From: Haliotis rufescens
Taxonomy: Eukaryota
NCBI RefSeq assembly: GCF_023055435.1
Contig: NW_025963890.1
Coordinates: 17,484,001 to 17,548,000 of the forward strand
Reading direction: 5' to 3'
DNA length: 64,000 nt
A model generated the notes under the pieces. That model was given only the letters and a program-made list of their open reading frames with translations. It ran no database searches and was not told where the DNA came from. This document shows, piece after piece, positions 51,591-64,000 of this stretch. Positions within the stretch are counted from its first letter, which is position 1; each line of letters begins with the position of its first letter. Both the position numbers and the translations under genes were made by a program.

Positions 51591-54500
51591 AATCTGTTTA
51601 TTTGTACTTGAGGCCTCGGGCCCATATAGAAAGTATACAAAGTATACAAAAATACAAATTTTCCATCAAGGTGATGGTGGTTCATCATACTTATACACGT
51701 ATATTCAATGATAACATAGTGTACAGTAATTATTGATAACATGCTCTCCTTACAAGTGAAGCTTTACAGAATTTTAGCAAGTTTTCTACTATAGCTGGAT
51801 CATAATCATTCATTAAATTAACAAAACATTTGGATGTGCATTTCCTTAAATATTTCTCTGGTACAAAAAGATTTCTCAAATGATTAAAACATGGACATTT
51901 CATTATTATGTGGAATTCATCCTCTAACTCATTTAAATTACAATTCTGACAGATTCGTTTACTTTTTTTTAACATTTTTCCATCTTCCAACATTTATGTA
52001 AATTTTTGCACCTCCAGTTCTTAAAAGAGCTAAGTATCTTCTATGCATTAAATATGTTTTGCAATACACATATGGTTCACCATTTAATGAAAATTTGTAT
52101 TTACTGTAATTATCGAATCTTGTACTTTCTCTTAATTTTGCTTGCCACTCTTGAAAAGAAATATCTCTTAATCTAAGTTTAATCATGCTTATTAAATAAT
52201 CAATATTACCAACACCTTGAGAGACCTATCAAACATAAAGATTCTCTAACATTTGTTACCCAATTTCTCCTATCACATTCATCTAAGTGTTTTAACATAT
52301 TATACGACTTTTTTGGTATTCTATCATCTGACGTGTATTAATCTTAGCCAATATTTTATACATTGCACAAATGAATCAACATATAACGGGTATCTACCAC
52401 ATTCTCCTACAGCCATAGCATTTGGAGTTTGTGACGTAAACCAAGAAATCTTTAACATGCATAAATCTGAATTTTCTCAAGTGGATCAAATGTATTGGTG
52501 CCCCAAATATCTGCACCGTATAATAAAATAGGCTTAATCTTTACATCAAATATTTTAAAGAATATGTCATAAGACAAGCACCCAAGTTCATTTAATGATC
52601 TTAAAATTTCATAAAGTGCTAATTTACCTTTTTGGCATGTGTATTTCACTGTTTTTATCATATTTATATTTGAGTAAAACATAACACCAAAATATTTATA
52701 GTGTTTTACTATTTCGATATTTTGGTTATTAAAAGTCCATCGTTCGTGTTTTTTCAAAATTCCATATTTTCTAAATACCACTATTTTTGTTTTGTCTAAA
52801 TTAACTGTCAATTTCCATTTGTTACAATACTTATTGAGAGTATTTAATTGGTTTTGTTAACCTGAAATCGTATCTGAAAACAATACAATATCATCTGCAA
52901 ATAAAAGTATCAACAATTCTATATATTCAGGAAAATGTTGTACACCTCTAACGTTTTCGTGGTCTAAAGTATGAACGAGTTCGTTTATATACAGAGAAAA
53001 TAATAAGGGGCTAAAAACACACCCTTGTTTTAAACCTATGTGAGATTCAAATATATCTGAAAATTGTCCATTAGACTTTACGGTATTTCTAACCTTTTCA
53101 TACACAGATTTAATAGCATTAAACATATTTCCTAATAGACCTATATGTTCCAAGAGATATAATAAATATTTTGTATCTACTGAATCAAACGCTTTTTTAA
53201 AATCTACGAAAGCGACGTAGAATCTACCTTTACGCTTAGACAAATGCTTGTCGATTAGAGCATTCAAAACAAAAATATTATCAGAAGTAGAGTAACCTTC
53301 GCGAAAGCCAGCTTGTTCCTCCGATATTTTCTTAGAAATATTTGCCCAAATTGTTAATCTATTATTAATGATTGATGTATAGAGTTTGCTTAATACATTC
53401 ATTAAAGTGATGCCCCTATAGTTATCTGGCTTTGTTTTGTCACCACTCTTATGCAGAGGAAGAATTATACCTATGTTCCACGGATCCGGAAAAAGACCAT
53501 TTTTAAAGAGATAACTAAATAAATCAAGGAGATAAGGAATAAAGTAACATTGTCCTGCTTTCACATATTCCCCTAAAATTTGATCTAAACCTGGCGCTTT
53601 CACATTTTTCATCATTGCGTATTTCCCTGTTATAATCATCATCAAAATTCATTTCATATTTGTTTGACATACAAATGTTAATATCACAATCAATCTCTAT
53701 GTGGTCACTATGCAGTGTTGAAAAATGATCAAACCAATCCGTTATCTTTATATTACATGGAGTATGTTGATACCGACGACTTCTAATTTTTCGCCAAAAA
53801 GTTTTTCCGTCTTGTTTTACTAAATTATCTAGATAACTTACAGTCTGTTTTCTAAACGTGATCTGTTTTTCTCTCCGTAAAGCCTATTTCTTACCGATCT
53901 ATATTTTCTAAAGTTAACAGTTGTTCTTTGGCAACGTAGTTTTCTAAGCGCACGTCTCTCTTCTTTTCTTCCCTTTCTGCATTCGTTATCAAACCACGAC
54001 TTTTGGCTTATATCGTTTCGACATTTAACAGTTTTACGGAAACAACTACTTGCTTTACGAATTACATTTGTAAAAATTTCAATTGATTCGTTAACATTAT
54101 GTTGTATGATAGATTGAGTATATTCTATTTGGTTAAAAGATTCGTTAGATGATATATTCAAAGCAAACTCCCCTGCTTTATCATCACTCCATATATTTTG
54201 TTCCATATAACTGGTCGACTTCTCATCAAATGATCCTATTGTTTTCATAACTATGATATTGGTAGATGACTAGATTCGGTCCTATTTTCAACATTACATT
54301 ATTTTACATAATCATTATTTTCTATAGACGTTAAACAATAATCATCTAAACTACTCCCGCAACTCCCATTAAATGTAAAACTACTTGTCTTAGACTCAGT
54401 GCCATGTCTCCCACTGAGAATATAAATACTTAGGGATACGCAGAGATCAATTAAAGATTTTCCGAAAGTATTAATGACGTTATCCTCGGATATCCTTTCA

Positions 54501-56035
54501 TCCATCTCTATCTTATCTACGAGGGCCATTCAATATATAACCAGCCTAAGCTATTTATCAGATCTTAACGGTTGCATGTTTGTCACGTGCTGTGCACCAA
54601 TGTATGTCACGTGCATAGACAAAGTTTCACTGAGGAAATTGTATTTGAAGTCACACACGTGATCTATAAAGATGGCAAGGGTAGATTCTGCCAAATTTTC
54701 GTCAAAGGTTAAATACAGGGCTGCTATTAGGTACCTCTACTTAAAAGGGAAACCGGGAAAGGAGATACATGATGAATTGTCAGATGTTTATGGTGACAGT
54801 GCACCTTCGTATGCACAAGTCAAATTCTGGGTTGCAGAATTTAAGAGGGGTCGGGTGAACCTGGAAGATGAGCCACGCCCTGGCAGGCCTGTAGAGGTGA
54901 CCAATTACCAAACCATTTAAGCTGTGAGACAACTGGTTGTCAAAGACAGGCGAATGAAGGTGTCAGAAATGGCCAAGGCCTTGGACATTTCAGAGGGAAG
55001 TGTCCATACCATTTTGCATGATCGTCTGGGTGTGAGGAAGCTGTCTGCCCGATGGGTCCCGAAATGTCTGAGTGATGATCAGAAGGCTGTACGTGCGTCA
55101 ATGTGTCAGGCACTTTTGACGCAATGCAGTCGGGATGCAGACAACTTTATGGAGAGAATTGTTACTGGTGATGAAACCTGGGTACACCACTTTGACCCAG
55201 AAACCAAAGAACAGAGTAAGCAGTGGACTTGCTTTGCTTCACCCTGTCCCCACAAGTTTAAGACTCAACCATCGGCTGGCAAAGTCATGGCAACCATCTT
55301 TTGGGATACCAAAGGGGTCTTGCTCATTGACTACTTGCCACGTGGCCAGACTATTACTGGAGAGTACTACTCCGATCTCCTGGACCGTTTGCCGACTGCT
55401 ATTCTTGCCAAACGTCGTGGAAAGATCACAAAAGCTGTGCTGCTCCAACATGATAAAGCCAGAGTGCACACCTGTCGACTTGCGGTTGCCACAGTGAAGT
55501 GGAACGGGTTCAAAGTATTGCCTCATCCACCTTACTCACCAGACCTGGCACCAAGCGACTACTTTCTCTTCCCAAACTTGAAGAAAGAACTGCGTGGACG
55601 TCATTTCCGGTCCGATGATGAACTCACGACAGCAGTGGAGGGGTGGTTACACAAACAACCCCATGGTTTCTATCAAAACGGGCTTTTAGCTCTCACACAT
55701 CGCTGGACAAAGTGCATAAACCTCAATGGTGGTTATGTGGAAAAAGAAGAAGTGAGGAGCAGTAGCAATAGGTTAGGCTGGTTATATATTGAATGGCCCT
55801 CGTACATCATCTCGCTCTGTACTATCTGCTAGAGTAGGAAACACTTCCTGTAAATTACCTGTTCTAGCATTCAAATCACCTATCAATAATATAGGATCAT
55901 ATCTAAACTTAATAGCTTGGTCTAAAAGTAACTCTTCTAATTCAATAATACCATTTTTCTCAAGTTTGTTGTCATAATATCTGGAATATTGTGGTGGTAT
56001 ATATGTACATCCATACAACACGTCACGATTATGAC
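51591..56035 (-). mobile_element. 5'-truncated, degraded non-LTR retrotransposon (RTE-X/CR1-group-like ORF2)
   Basis: Endonuclease ILLIGDLNARTG; RT NYRGITL, QAGFREG, FVDFKKAFDSV, GLKQGC, LLFADD; C-terminal RICQNC...EDEFH...C; 3' end with GGGCCCGAGGCC and AATAAA. Confidence 0.9.
54520..55802 (+). mobile_element. mariner (DD34D) transposon nested in the LINE; transposase from 54672 with one in-frame stop at 54918-54920
   Basis: Perfect 30-bp TIRs CGAGGGCCATTCAATATATAACCAGCCTAA with TA flanks; motifs WVPKCL, TGDETW, HDKARVH, YSPDLAPSDY. Confidence 0.96.
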
Positions 56036-56135
56036 AAAATATCATGATATGAATATTTAAATGTAAGAAATATAAATTAATGTTGAAGCTTCGTTAAAAA
56101 TTCAAAACTTGTAATCAATGATCGATAAGTAATTA

Positions 56136-57217
56136 GAACAAGAGGCCCACAGGGCCTGTATCGCTCACCTGGATATTGACAAAATATACATTTGCATTGT
56201 ATATGTATATAATACTCCAAATATTTCGTAATTTTGATTCTGTCAGCATTTAATATGGGTGGATGGCAAATCTGACAGCATGAACGTGTACTCGTATCTA
56301 TCTAGATACAAATGTGGCATAAAGATCTGAACCGTTTCCATGTTATGATCCAGGATAAATCATATTAAAGGTATTGTCATAGCGACTGATTTACGACACC
56401 CATTGTCTGAAGAACATTTAATTGCAAAGGTTCATTACCCTGGAGCCGTGACATCTTTATGCCTTGAAAGACTTAATTGCTGTCATTTATAAGATACTAA
56501 TCCTATTTGTTAATCCCCATTTTTGTGTACATCGTCCGTCTGCCATCCTGAACGAGATGTGCAAGTATGTCACTGATGATTTACTGTTTACATTTATATT
56601 TATTACTTACTAAATGTCAGGTGACCTTGGCTATATAAGCCTTGGTCCAGAGAGGAGAGAAAGAAAGGTCTAACCCTAGGGTTAGGCTGGGTGCTCGGGG
56701 CACCAAGACAACAACCACAACAACTATGTGCTGACCTGGCACAAAGTGTCTTTTGTATGTATATATCTACATGTATAAAGTAAAACTGTATATACCGCAA
56801 GCCATCGTCTCCAAGTTGTCACTTCCTACAGGAACCATACGTCAGATCAGACAATTAACGCCAAATTACTCCTATTTGGCAACGCCCCTCCATTTGTACA
56901 ATTTTGAATTCTCACCACCCGAGAATGCTTCCAACCAAATATGGTTGATATTCTCTTAGTTCCAGAGAAGTCGTTTGAAGCAATATAGCCAAATTACCCC
57001 TATTTGGCCCCACCCCTCAGCAGTTTAGGGGCGGGTGGGGATGGGATGTCAGCCCCACCATTTGTACAATTTTGAATCCCCACCACCTAGGGATGCTTCC
57101 AGTCTAATTTTGTTAATTTCCAACTAGTGGTTCAGAAGAAGAAGTCGTTTGAATAAATTGTTGACGGATGACAGACGGACGACGGACGCCACGGTATGGC
57201 ATAAGCTCACCTTGGTC
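56136..57217 (+). mobile_element. HINE-like element, fourth copy, interrupted and internally deleted
   Basis: Same termini; carries the 56375-56853 insertion. Confidence 0.6.
56375..56853 (+). mobile_element. Probable solo LTR of an unrelated family
   Basis: TGTC...GACA termini, internal TATATAA and AGTAAA; absent from the other HINE copies; no TSD because of an adjacent deletion. Confidence 0.55.
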
Positions 57218-58931
57218 GGGTGGTCGGCTCGGAGTCAGTATACTGTGTCTGAATGGGGTGTCAATGTTAAACTGCGGCATTTTTTCTCAGTGGACTAGCA
57301 CTGTAAAACCGGCTAGTTCAAGCAGCCCATACGCACACACACACACACACACACACACGTGCATGAACGTCGCAATATGCACGACGTTAAACCCCATTTC
57401 ACCTCACCTCACCTCACCAAGGTGATATCCATGTTGAAATGTATGGATGAAATATGATAGGCGTTGCATCATAACCGTTTAGCCGAGTTCTTGCATCTAT
57501 TCCAATCAATGTCATGATGTTATGACTAGATGTTCCAAAGCCTCCAAAATATTATTGTCCACACTGAACCATGAACACAGACTGCCAGAGATGGATACGC
57601 TCCTTCTCAACAGGAGGCGGTGGGTAGCCTATTGGTTAAAGGCTTAGCTCCTCATGCCGAAGACCCAGGTTCAATTGCCTACATGGGTACATGTGTGAAG
57701 CGCATATCTGGTGTCCCCCGCACTGATATTCGTTGAATATTGCTGAAAACGACGTAACACCGTACTCACTCATTCGTTTTTAATTCATTTTACATGTTTG
57801 ATTTGTATCCTGGGCCTACCAGGAATAGCCTGGTTGTCAAAGATGAAACATATTGCAACTGTACCAAAATGTAAACCATTTAGTCAACAGAGATGTTGCA
57901 ACCAGAGGATGTATTCATCTTCGTCAGCCTGTATGTTCATGGTACATTGTGTGCGTGCGTGCGTGCGTGTAACAATTGTTTGGAACCTTGGAAACACAAT
58001 GCTGTGGGGCCATGACATTAATCCAGTGTCGGAAAGAACTCCACAAAATGATTTGTGGTACAACGCCTGCCACACTCCATGCATTAATTTCCCATAGTGG
58101 TCAGAAGTTATGTATTGTTCGTGGTACAACTTTCTACTCCATGATTTGATTATTACCAAACATTTTGCAAGTAATATATTTCCTAAATATTGTAACAAAT
58201 GCCTCAAGAGTCCTAAAAGAGGACTCACTAATTCATGAGTTCCACATATTTATTATCCTAAAAACACTTGTGTGAAGATTAAGTAATGCCAGTGTAAACT
58301 GCCCAGTATGTGAGTGGATGTGACGTTTGGAATGTTAATTTCTTTCCAGAATTAAATAGGTCAAACACCTGTTCAAATGGTGCACCTGAGTGCCGTCCCA
58401 GATGTAGCAGCTGTTTATGGACTACGTGTGTGAGACTAGAGTGAGTGAGTGAGTTGGGTTTAACGCCAGTATTCCAGTTATATCACGGCGTATCAGCTTA
58501 ATGTGGGAGGAAAGGCCGAAGTGATGCAGGTCTCAGACGTTTACCACTTCGGTGAAACCCACGAGCACGGGTATGGTGCTGACAAACCTAGAAACATAAT
58601 CGGGGCGAACAGGGATTCGAACCCACAATCATAGGTTTCTGGCGTGCCCAAGGGACGCAACTGCACAGCGAATCCCGGCGCCTTTATAGACGACTGGGCC
58701 ACTGCGTTAGTCTAGAACATAGCCAGAAAATAGCAGAAAAGGAACCAATCAAAACAAAACAAAATGTTGTTACAAATAATGTATTTCATTAACATAAAGT
58801 AAATAGCCAAAAACAAACAGAGATAGATTTTATGTATTTCCCAAATATTGTAACAAATGCCTCAACAGTCCTAAAATGATTCATAAATGTTTTGTATATA
58901 AGTATATACATATGTGTTCAGAGTTCACTGC

Positions 58932-60670
58932 CTAATCATCCTTCTTCTTAAACACACTCTTGACTCTTCTGAAGAAGTTGGCCACCCTAGATAGCAAGGC
59001 CTTCAGGAAGGAGTGCGTTGGCTGGATGATCTCCTCATCCACGAGATCTACTTCAACAAAGTCAGTGTCGTCCACGATGTACTGACCAGCGATAGTGAGG
59101 GACACAGAAGGGACAGTGCTGGGGCGAAGGGTCTGTGGGACGGGCAGGTGGGACAAGTGGGCAGGGATGGTCAGGGACTTTGAAGTGGGTTGCTATAGAT
59201 AGGGAGGTAGTGGAAAGAATGGAATGTGATGAATGAATATTATGTAGATGGAAAAGGTTATACAATCATTGAATTTTATTGCAGCAAATAAAAGATTATG
59301 GTGGTAAAGACAGAAAAGGTGTGACAAAAGAAACAAGGTAAATAAAGATGATATATATAGTAGATACCGAAAGGTAGATAATTTGTTTGTTGTTTAAAAA
59401 CGCTGCAATCAGCAGTATTCCAGCTACATGACGGCGGTCTGTAAACAATCGAGTCTGGAATGGACAATCCAGTGATTGACATGATGAGCATCTATAGTAA
59501 AGATGATGACTTGAAGGATATTCTTGGAAATACAAATGTGACAAACAGAATTACTGAAGTCGTTGAACCAAAGTACTCTCAACATTCATAATAGGGTTTT
59601 ATTAATTGCATACTGTTGGTTTAAGGTAGGAATATAGTATAAACATTCAGTTACAGCTTTATAAAAACAGGGACCAGTACACAGAGGTGTTCCACATTTA
59701 GGTGAAAACTCATGGAAGTGCTAAACGGGCATTGTTAAAGACAACCCTTTATGACACCTACATGGCAAGGGGCAGGATAAGTCAGTTGGGACAGAGGCTG
59801 GAGGAACCAGATCATCCGATCAACTGTGGGGAAACAGAAGAATAAACATACAGGGTATTAAACATCCAGAATATATGTTGCTGGTCCCTAACCTTTGGCT
59901 GTTGACTAGTTAATAATATATCATTTTGCAGTTAATAAATTATTTGTGCTGACAGATAGGTTGTATATAGCGAAGCTTTTAGGGGTTCTCCTTTTCCAAA
60001 ATGTTCCAGTTTTATGTTGGATAAAGGGTAATTGAACTTGAACTTGAACCCCCCAGATAAAATATAGGATAATAAGTTACAGTTTACCTTTCACTGCTAA
60101 ACTAATTCTATCTGATAAAATACAAGGGGTTCCGCCTAGCCATACAATATTGATTTGGACTCAGACTGCTGTGTACATTCTGAGAGTTTATAAGAAATCA
60201 TGAGCAGTTTCAGGATTTTAAAAAAAGGGAGTGGGGGCAGGGGTGTGTTCCACTTGGGCTATTTGTAACTTCAGTAGGGGCACTTCCCACCCAAAACACT
60301 ACCAAAGACTCACACACACTTCATGTAAACCACCGTTAATAAATTAACGAAATTAATTTTACAACCAAATGAACATGTTATCATGGTAGGAACGGCGCAT
60401 AAAGAATGTCGTGAGATGTAAAAAAAACAAACCCAACAGAACCCACATTTTCTAATAATGTTTACAAGTTCAAGGTACACAAAGGGCCCTGCATTCAACA
60501 TCTTAAGCCCCTAAAGCATGCAAAGTGTCTGTGGTTCAGTACAGGAATCATGACAGATCATAAACATGATGATACACACTACCTCATGACAGTAATATAC
60601 CAACATGTAGGTACGGAATCTACTGAAGCGTAGTTAGAATTGTACCTTGAACATAAGTGCTCGCATTCAT
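58932..60670 (-). CDS. Three-exon orphan gene, copy F: join(60670..60646, 59823..59762, 59192..58932); 115 aa
   Basis: Same exon structure with GACACCATG start. Its private exon-3 changes are synonymous. Confidence 0.78.
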
Positions 60671-61977
60671 GGTGTCAGGTTCAAGAATTGCAATAAAGGA
60701 TAGGAAAATAACGCTTTCAGACAAGCAAAGTGCAGATGTAGCATGAAAAATGGCGTCGATGTAACATCAAAGTGACAACCGTCGTCAAGGAAGACATGAA
60801 GTCTCGTACAATCACGCGATATTACAAAAAGTTAACTGGCTCCCGACTTCATTTGCGCTTGCACTGGGGTGTTAAGAGACGGAGCTCGGCTGTATTTCAA
60901 GAGAGTAGTTTTGTCGCGCCATCATATAAATGAAGCAAATTTAATTATGAGTTGAATTAATACCTCCAGTCACGATTCTGGGTGTTGCTAGTTACTGGTC
61001 AGCCAGCAGCTTGTAAGGGTCCGTCAAATTTAAGGTATGACAGTAACTATAATCATATGGTTGTTTTTGGTTTTGTTACAAGTTAAGACTTGCTCACATT
61101 CTGTTTGGTCTGTTATATCACATCATGCACTTCTAAACTCTAGTGTTCCCCATTCCCCTTCTCTAGACGACTCACAGAATCTCCCTACATGCACCTTTCT
61201 CTGAAACCTGGCAGAGGCAATGGGGATATGTTATGACGCTTCGTGTGTTTTGGTAAGGTTAATATGCAAATCAACTCAATCATGTAACCATGAGGGGTTG
61301 TCTTTCACGAAAAGAGTGAGAGAGTTAAAATTTATTGTCGCATCGGCATTATTGCCGCCATATAGCGACGAGAACATTATTGATATATGTACAATTAAAT
61401 CACGAATACAAAGTTATATTTAAAAACAAATTTTGTCAAACATATTGGGCAAAATATCATTTACTGTTTGAAACACGGGCTATAAGCCACCAGCAACCAC
61501 AGCTAAGCCACTTCGCTGAGGATCATGGGGCCTTACGGTGCCTCAGTTTGATTACATCATGGTAAATAACGCTCTTTCACTTCGCAGAAATGCACGGTTA
61601 AACCCCATATATAACACTTCAGCTAAAACAAGGATTTCACGAGCAGAATCAGATAGGGCCATTCGGAAACAACGGGTTCGTAGGATGATTCGAAATATAT
61701 TTCTCTTTGGAACTCCTTTGGGGGAGCCATAAAACAAAGTGCCTCAAGTGTTAGGTTGTACATATTGAACACAGACCTAAGAAAGGTTTTAATTTTTCAA
61801 TTTTAAATGAGCAGGGGAAGCCTATTTGGATGAGCATGGCGGTGTAAGCAAGGCTGGAGAGTCAGTTGTGGAACATATAGCTTCCCAAACGAGAATGGAT
61901 GAGAAGTCATCTTGCCTTGAAGCAGCCTTGACCTCACATCCTTAGTATTGTGTCTACGCAAAACGTTTCATAACCTT

Positions 61978-62013
61978 TGGCGTGGCGTGGCGTGGCGTGG
62001 CGTGGCGTGGCGT
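61978..62013. repeat. (TGGCG)n microsatellite
   Basis: About 7 tandem pentamers. Confidence 0.9.
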
Positions 62014-64000
62014 GAGCTAGACTAACATTTAGTCCCAGAAATATAGTTATCTTATCCAAAAATATATATCCACAAAATATAGAATATAAACAAATGGAGC
62101 CCCAAACAATGCTTAATTTCATTGTAGAGCTGAGGCAATGTAGACTTGCCAAATCATTCTAGACTGGAGTTGGATATATTTTTTATATATTGTCTTGGGC
62201 TAGAACTCAACATAATCGAAATACACTCATGCGTTTTTCCTTGTCTTAGCTTCTTGGCTGAACTCTTTGATTTGATCACGGGATAACAATAATGGCGCCT
62301 CTCTCGTCGACCACTTAAATTATGCCTTGTATTATGACATTGAATCATGGAATTAAATATTTTGGCAAGATAGACAATATATTTAGATATCAATATTATT
62401 TGACTTTAACAACTGGGCATTTTGCTTTCGAAGTTTATTGACATAAATACAGAAAACACTCACACTTAAACAACCGAATCAAGGTTTCTCAAACTCCTTC
62501 TCGAGTTACATCACAGAGGTCAGTAAAATATAATGTTTTATTCATATTTATTCAGCTGATTAGATATCATTTCATTAAGAAAAATATATAGTAATAAAAT
62601 ATCATATGAATATTTCAGTTAAAGAAAGATATAAATTAATGTTAGGGTTTTCGCCAAAAGTTTAAACCTAATGATCGATCAGGAAAAATACATATATTAA
62701 ATAAGTCCAAACCAGTTGTGTGGAAGGATATTACAGGTGTGAGGGTCTCATCACCAGAACGTACAGTCATGGTACCTATCTGATGCTCACAGGAGCACGG
62801 CAGCAATCTCATTAAAATCTGAAACGATACCTGTATCAACCCTGTTGTGTCAATAACACAGGTAAACACCCATATAACAGCATCAACAACACAAATATCA
62901 TCGAAATCTAGATTCTTTATTCAGCAGACATTTAGTATATGACAGCTTTACATAGTACTGTTATAAGTAACAACAAGTAACAACTTTAAAAGATCAAAGC
63001 GTTAAATGATGTTAAAAAAGTAACGTCAAATAGGCTCTCTAAATACAGGAGGTATCTCAGGTTATCACAAAACAACATCAAACAGTAAGTGGTTAGGGCA
63101 TGATCCGTGATCCTTGAACATTGCTTGGGTTCTTTTGTTTGTTTTTACTGCAGCAAATACAAAGAATATCACATGGTCGGTCGCATTCATCTTGTTACGT
63201 GTTAGAAGAAAGCCAAAAGTGACGCAGGTTTTGTTTGTTTGTTTGTTTGCTGCGTATTTGATGAAACCCACGAACGATAACAACGGATCACACTCGGGGC
63301 GAATTTTGGATTCGAACTCAGGCACAGATAAAGACAGAACCATGGACACCTAATACGTAAGGGTTCATGACAGAACTCAGCAAAGTGAGTTGCAACGCCT
63401 TATAGTACTGGACCACTTGGTTCTAGTAACAGGATCATAGTCAGGGGTGTAATAAACTATGTCGTATTTCAATTAGGAGCACTGCGGGACAACCTTAAAC
63501 TATATCAATTATCAACATATACCCATCAACAGTCTCAAACCTTTAGGCAGAAGTTTCAAAATACAAAACTGAAATAGTCTCCAAATGACGCATCCCTCAC
63601 ATCGACACTTATTTTCTTGAGTGTTAATATATCAATATCGTCCTGAATCACCTCCAAATAAGTTTCCGTTAACTGCAAACTTGCGGTTACGTTTTACTAG
63701 CTGTTTGCTATGACAATAAACTTATATTACGCCATATTACGGATCAACCTCACAGAAATGTGCATTCCAATGTATTAATAGGCAATAATTATCTTGCGGT
63801 TCCAGTATAACACCAATAGTTCAGATCGAAAACAAGAACCGGTGGTTGTTTCGTGGAAGCCGCCATCTTGTTTTCCAAAACCCGTCAAGTTTTCGATCTG
63901 GAATCCTTCTTCAAAGTTCAGGATAATGAAACGTATTTGGAGGTGATTCAGGAAGACATTGATATATTGATGTTCCTTGATAAAGATATGATAAATGAGT

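Larger units (their letters stand above)
1..61060. repeat. Tandem segmental array, 6 complete plus 1 partial gene-bearing units
   Basis: Exon-3 stops at 5696, 23976, 30339, 36747, 49342 and 58932. Spacing is 6363 and 6408 bp where no large insertion is present. Confidence 0.95.

Noticed and set aside
63790-63880. CAAGATGGCGGC (YY1/start-like motif) on the minus strand
   Set aside because: The frame closes after ~25 codons and I found no supporting exon structure in the window.

Overview
AT-rich, repeat-dense animal genomic DNA. The SINE and Helentron-type repeats resemble those of gastropod or bivalve molluscs, possibly abalone; this taxonomy is inference. Positions 1 to ~61060 are a tandem array of a ~6.4-kb core unit, expanded by insertions. 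Each unit carries a three-exon, minus-strand gene that the ORF track shows only as a recurring 74-aa fragment. Splicing exons of 25, 62 and 261 nt at GT-AG sites from a GCCACCATG-type start gives a 115-aa protein with no signal peptide. It has a Pro/Ser/Thr-rich linker, an acidic LIR-like motif (DDTDFVEV) and a C-terminal cationic amphipathic helix. Six copies are intact and a seventh is cut by the left window edge. Between and inside the units are two decayed Ty3/gypsy LTR elements at the same unit position, a Tc1 element, a young mariner nested in an RTE-X-like LINE, a hAT remnant, Helentron/HINE-like elements with ~120-bp internal repeats, several MITEs, a probable solo LTR and many SINEs. 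Shared and private insertions record the history of the array. The last ~3 kb appears unique and uninformative.
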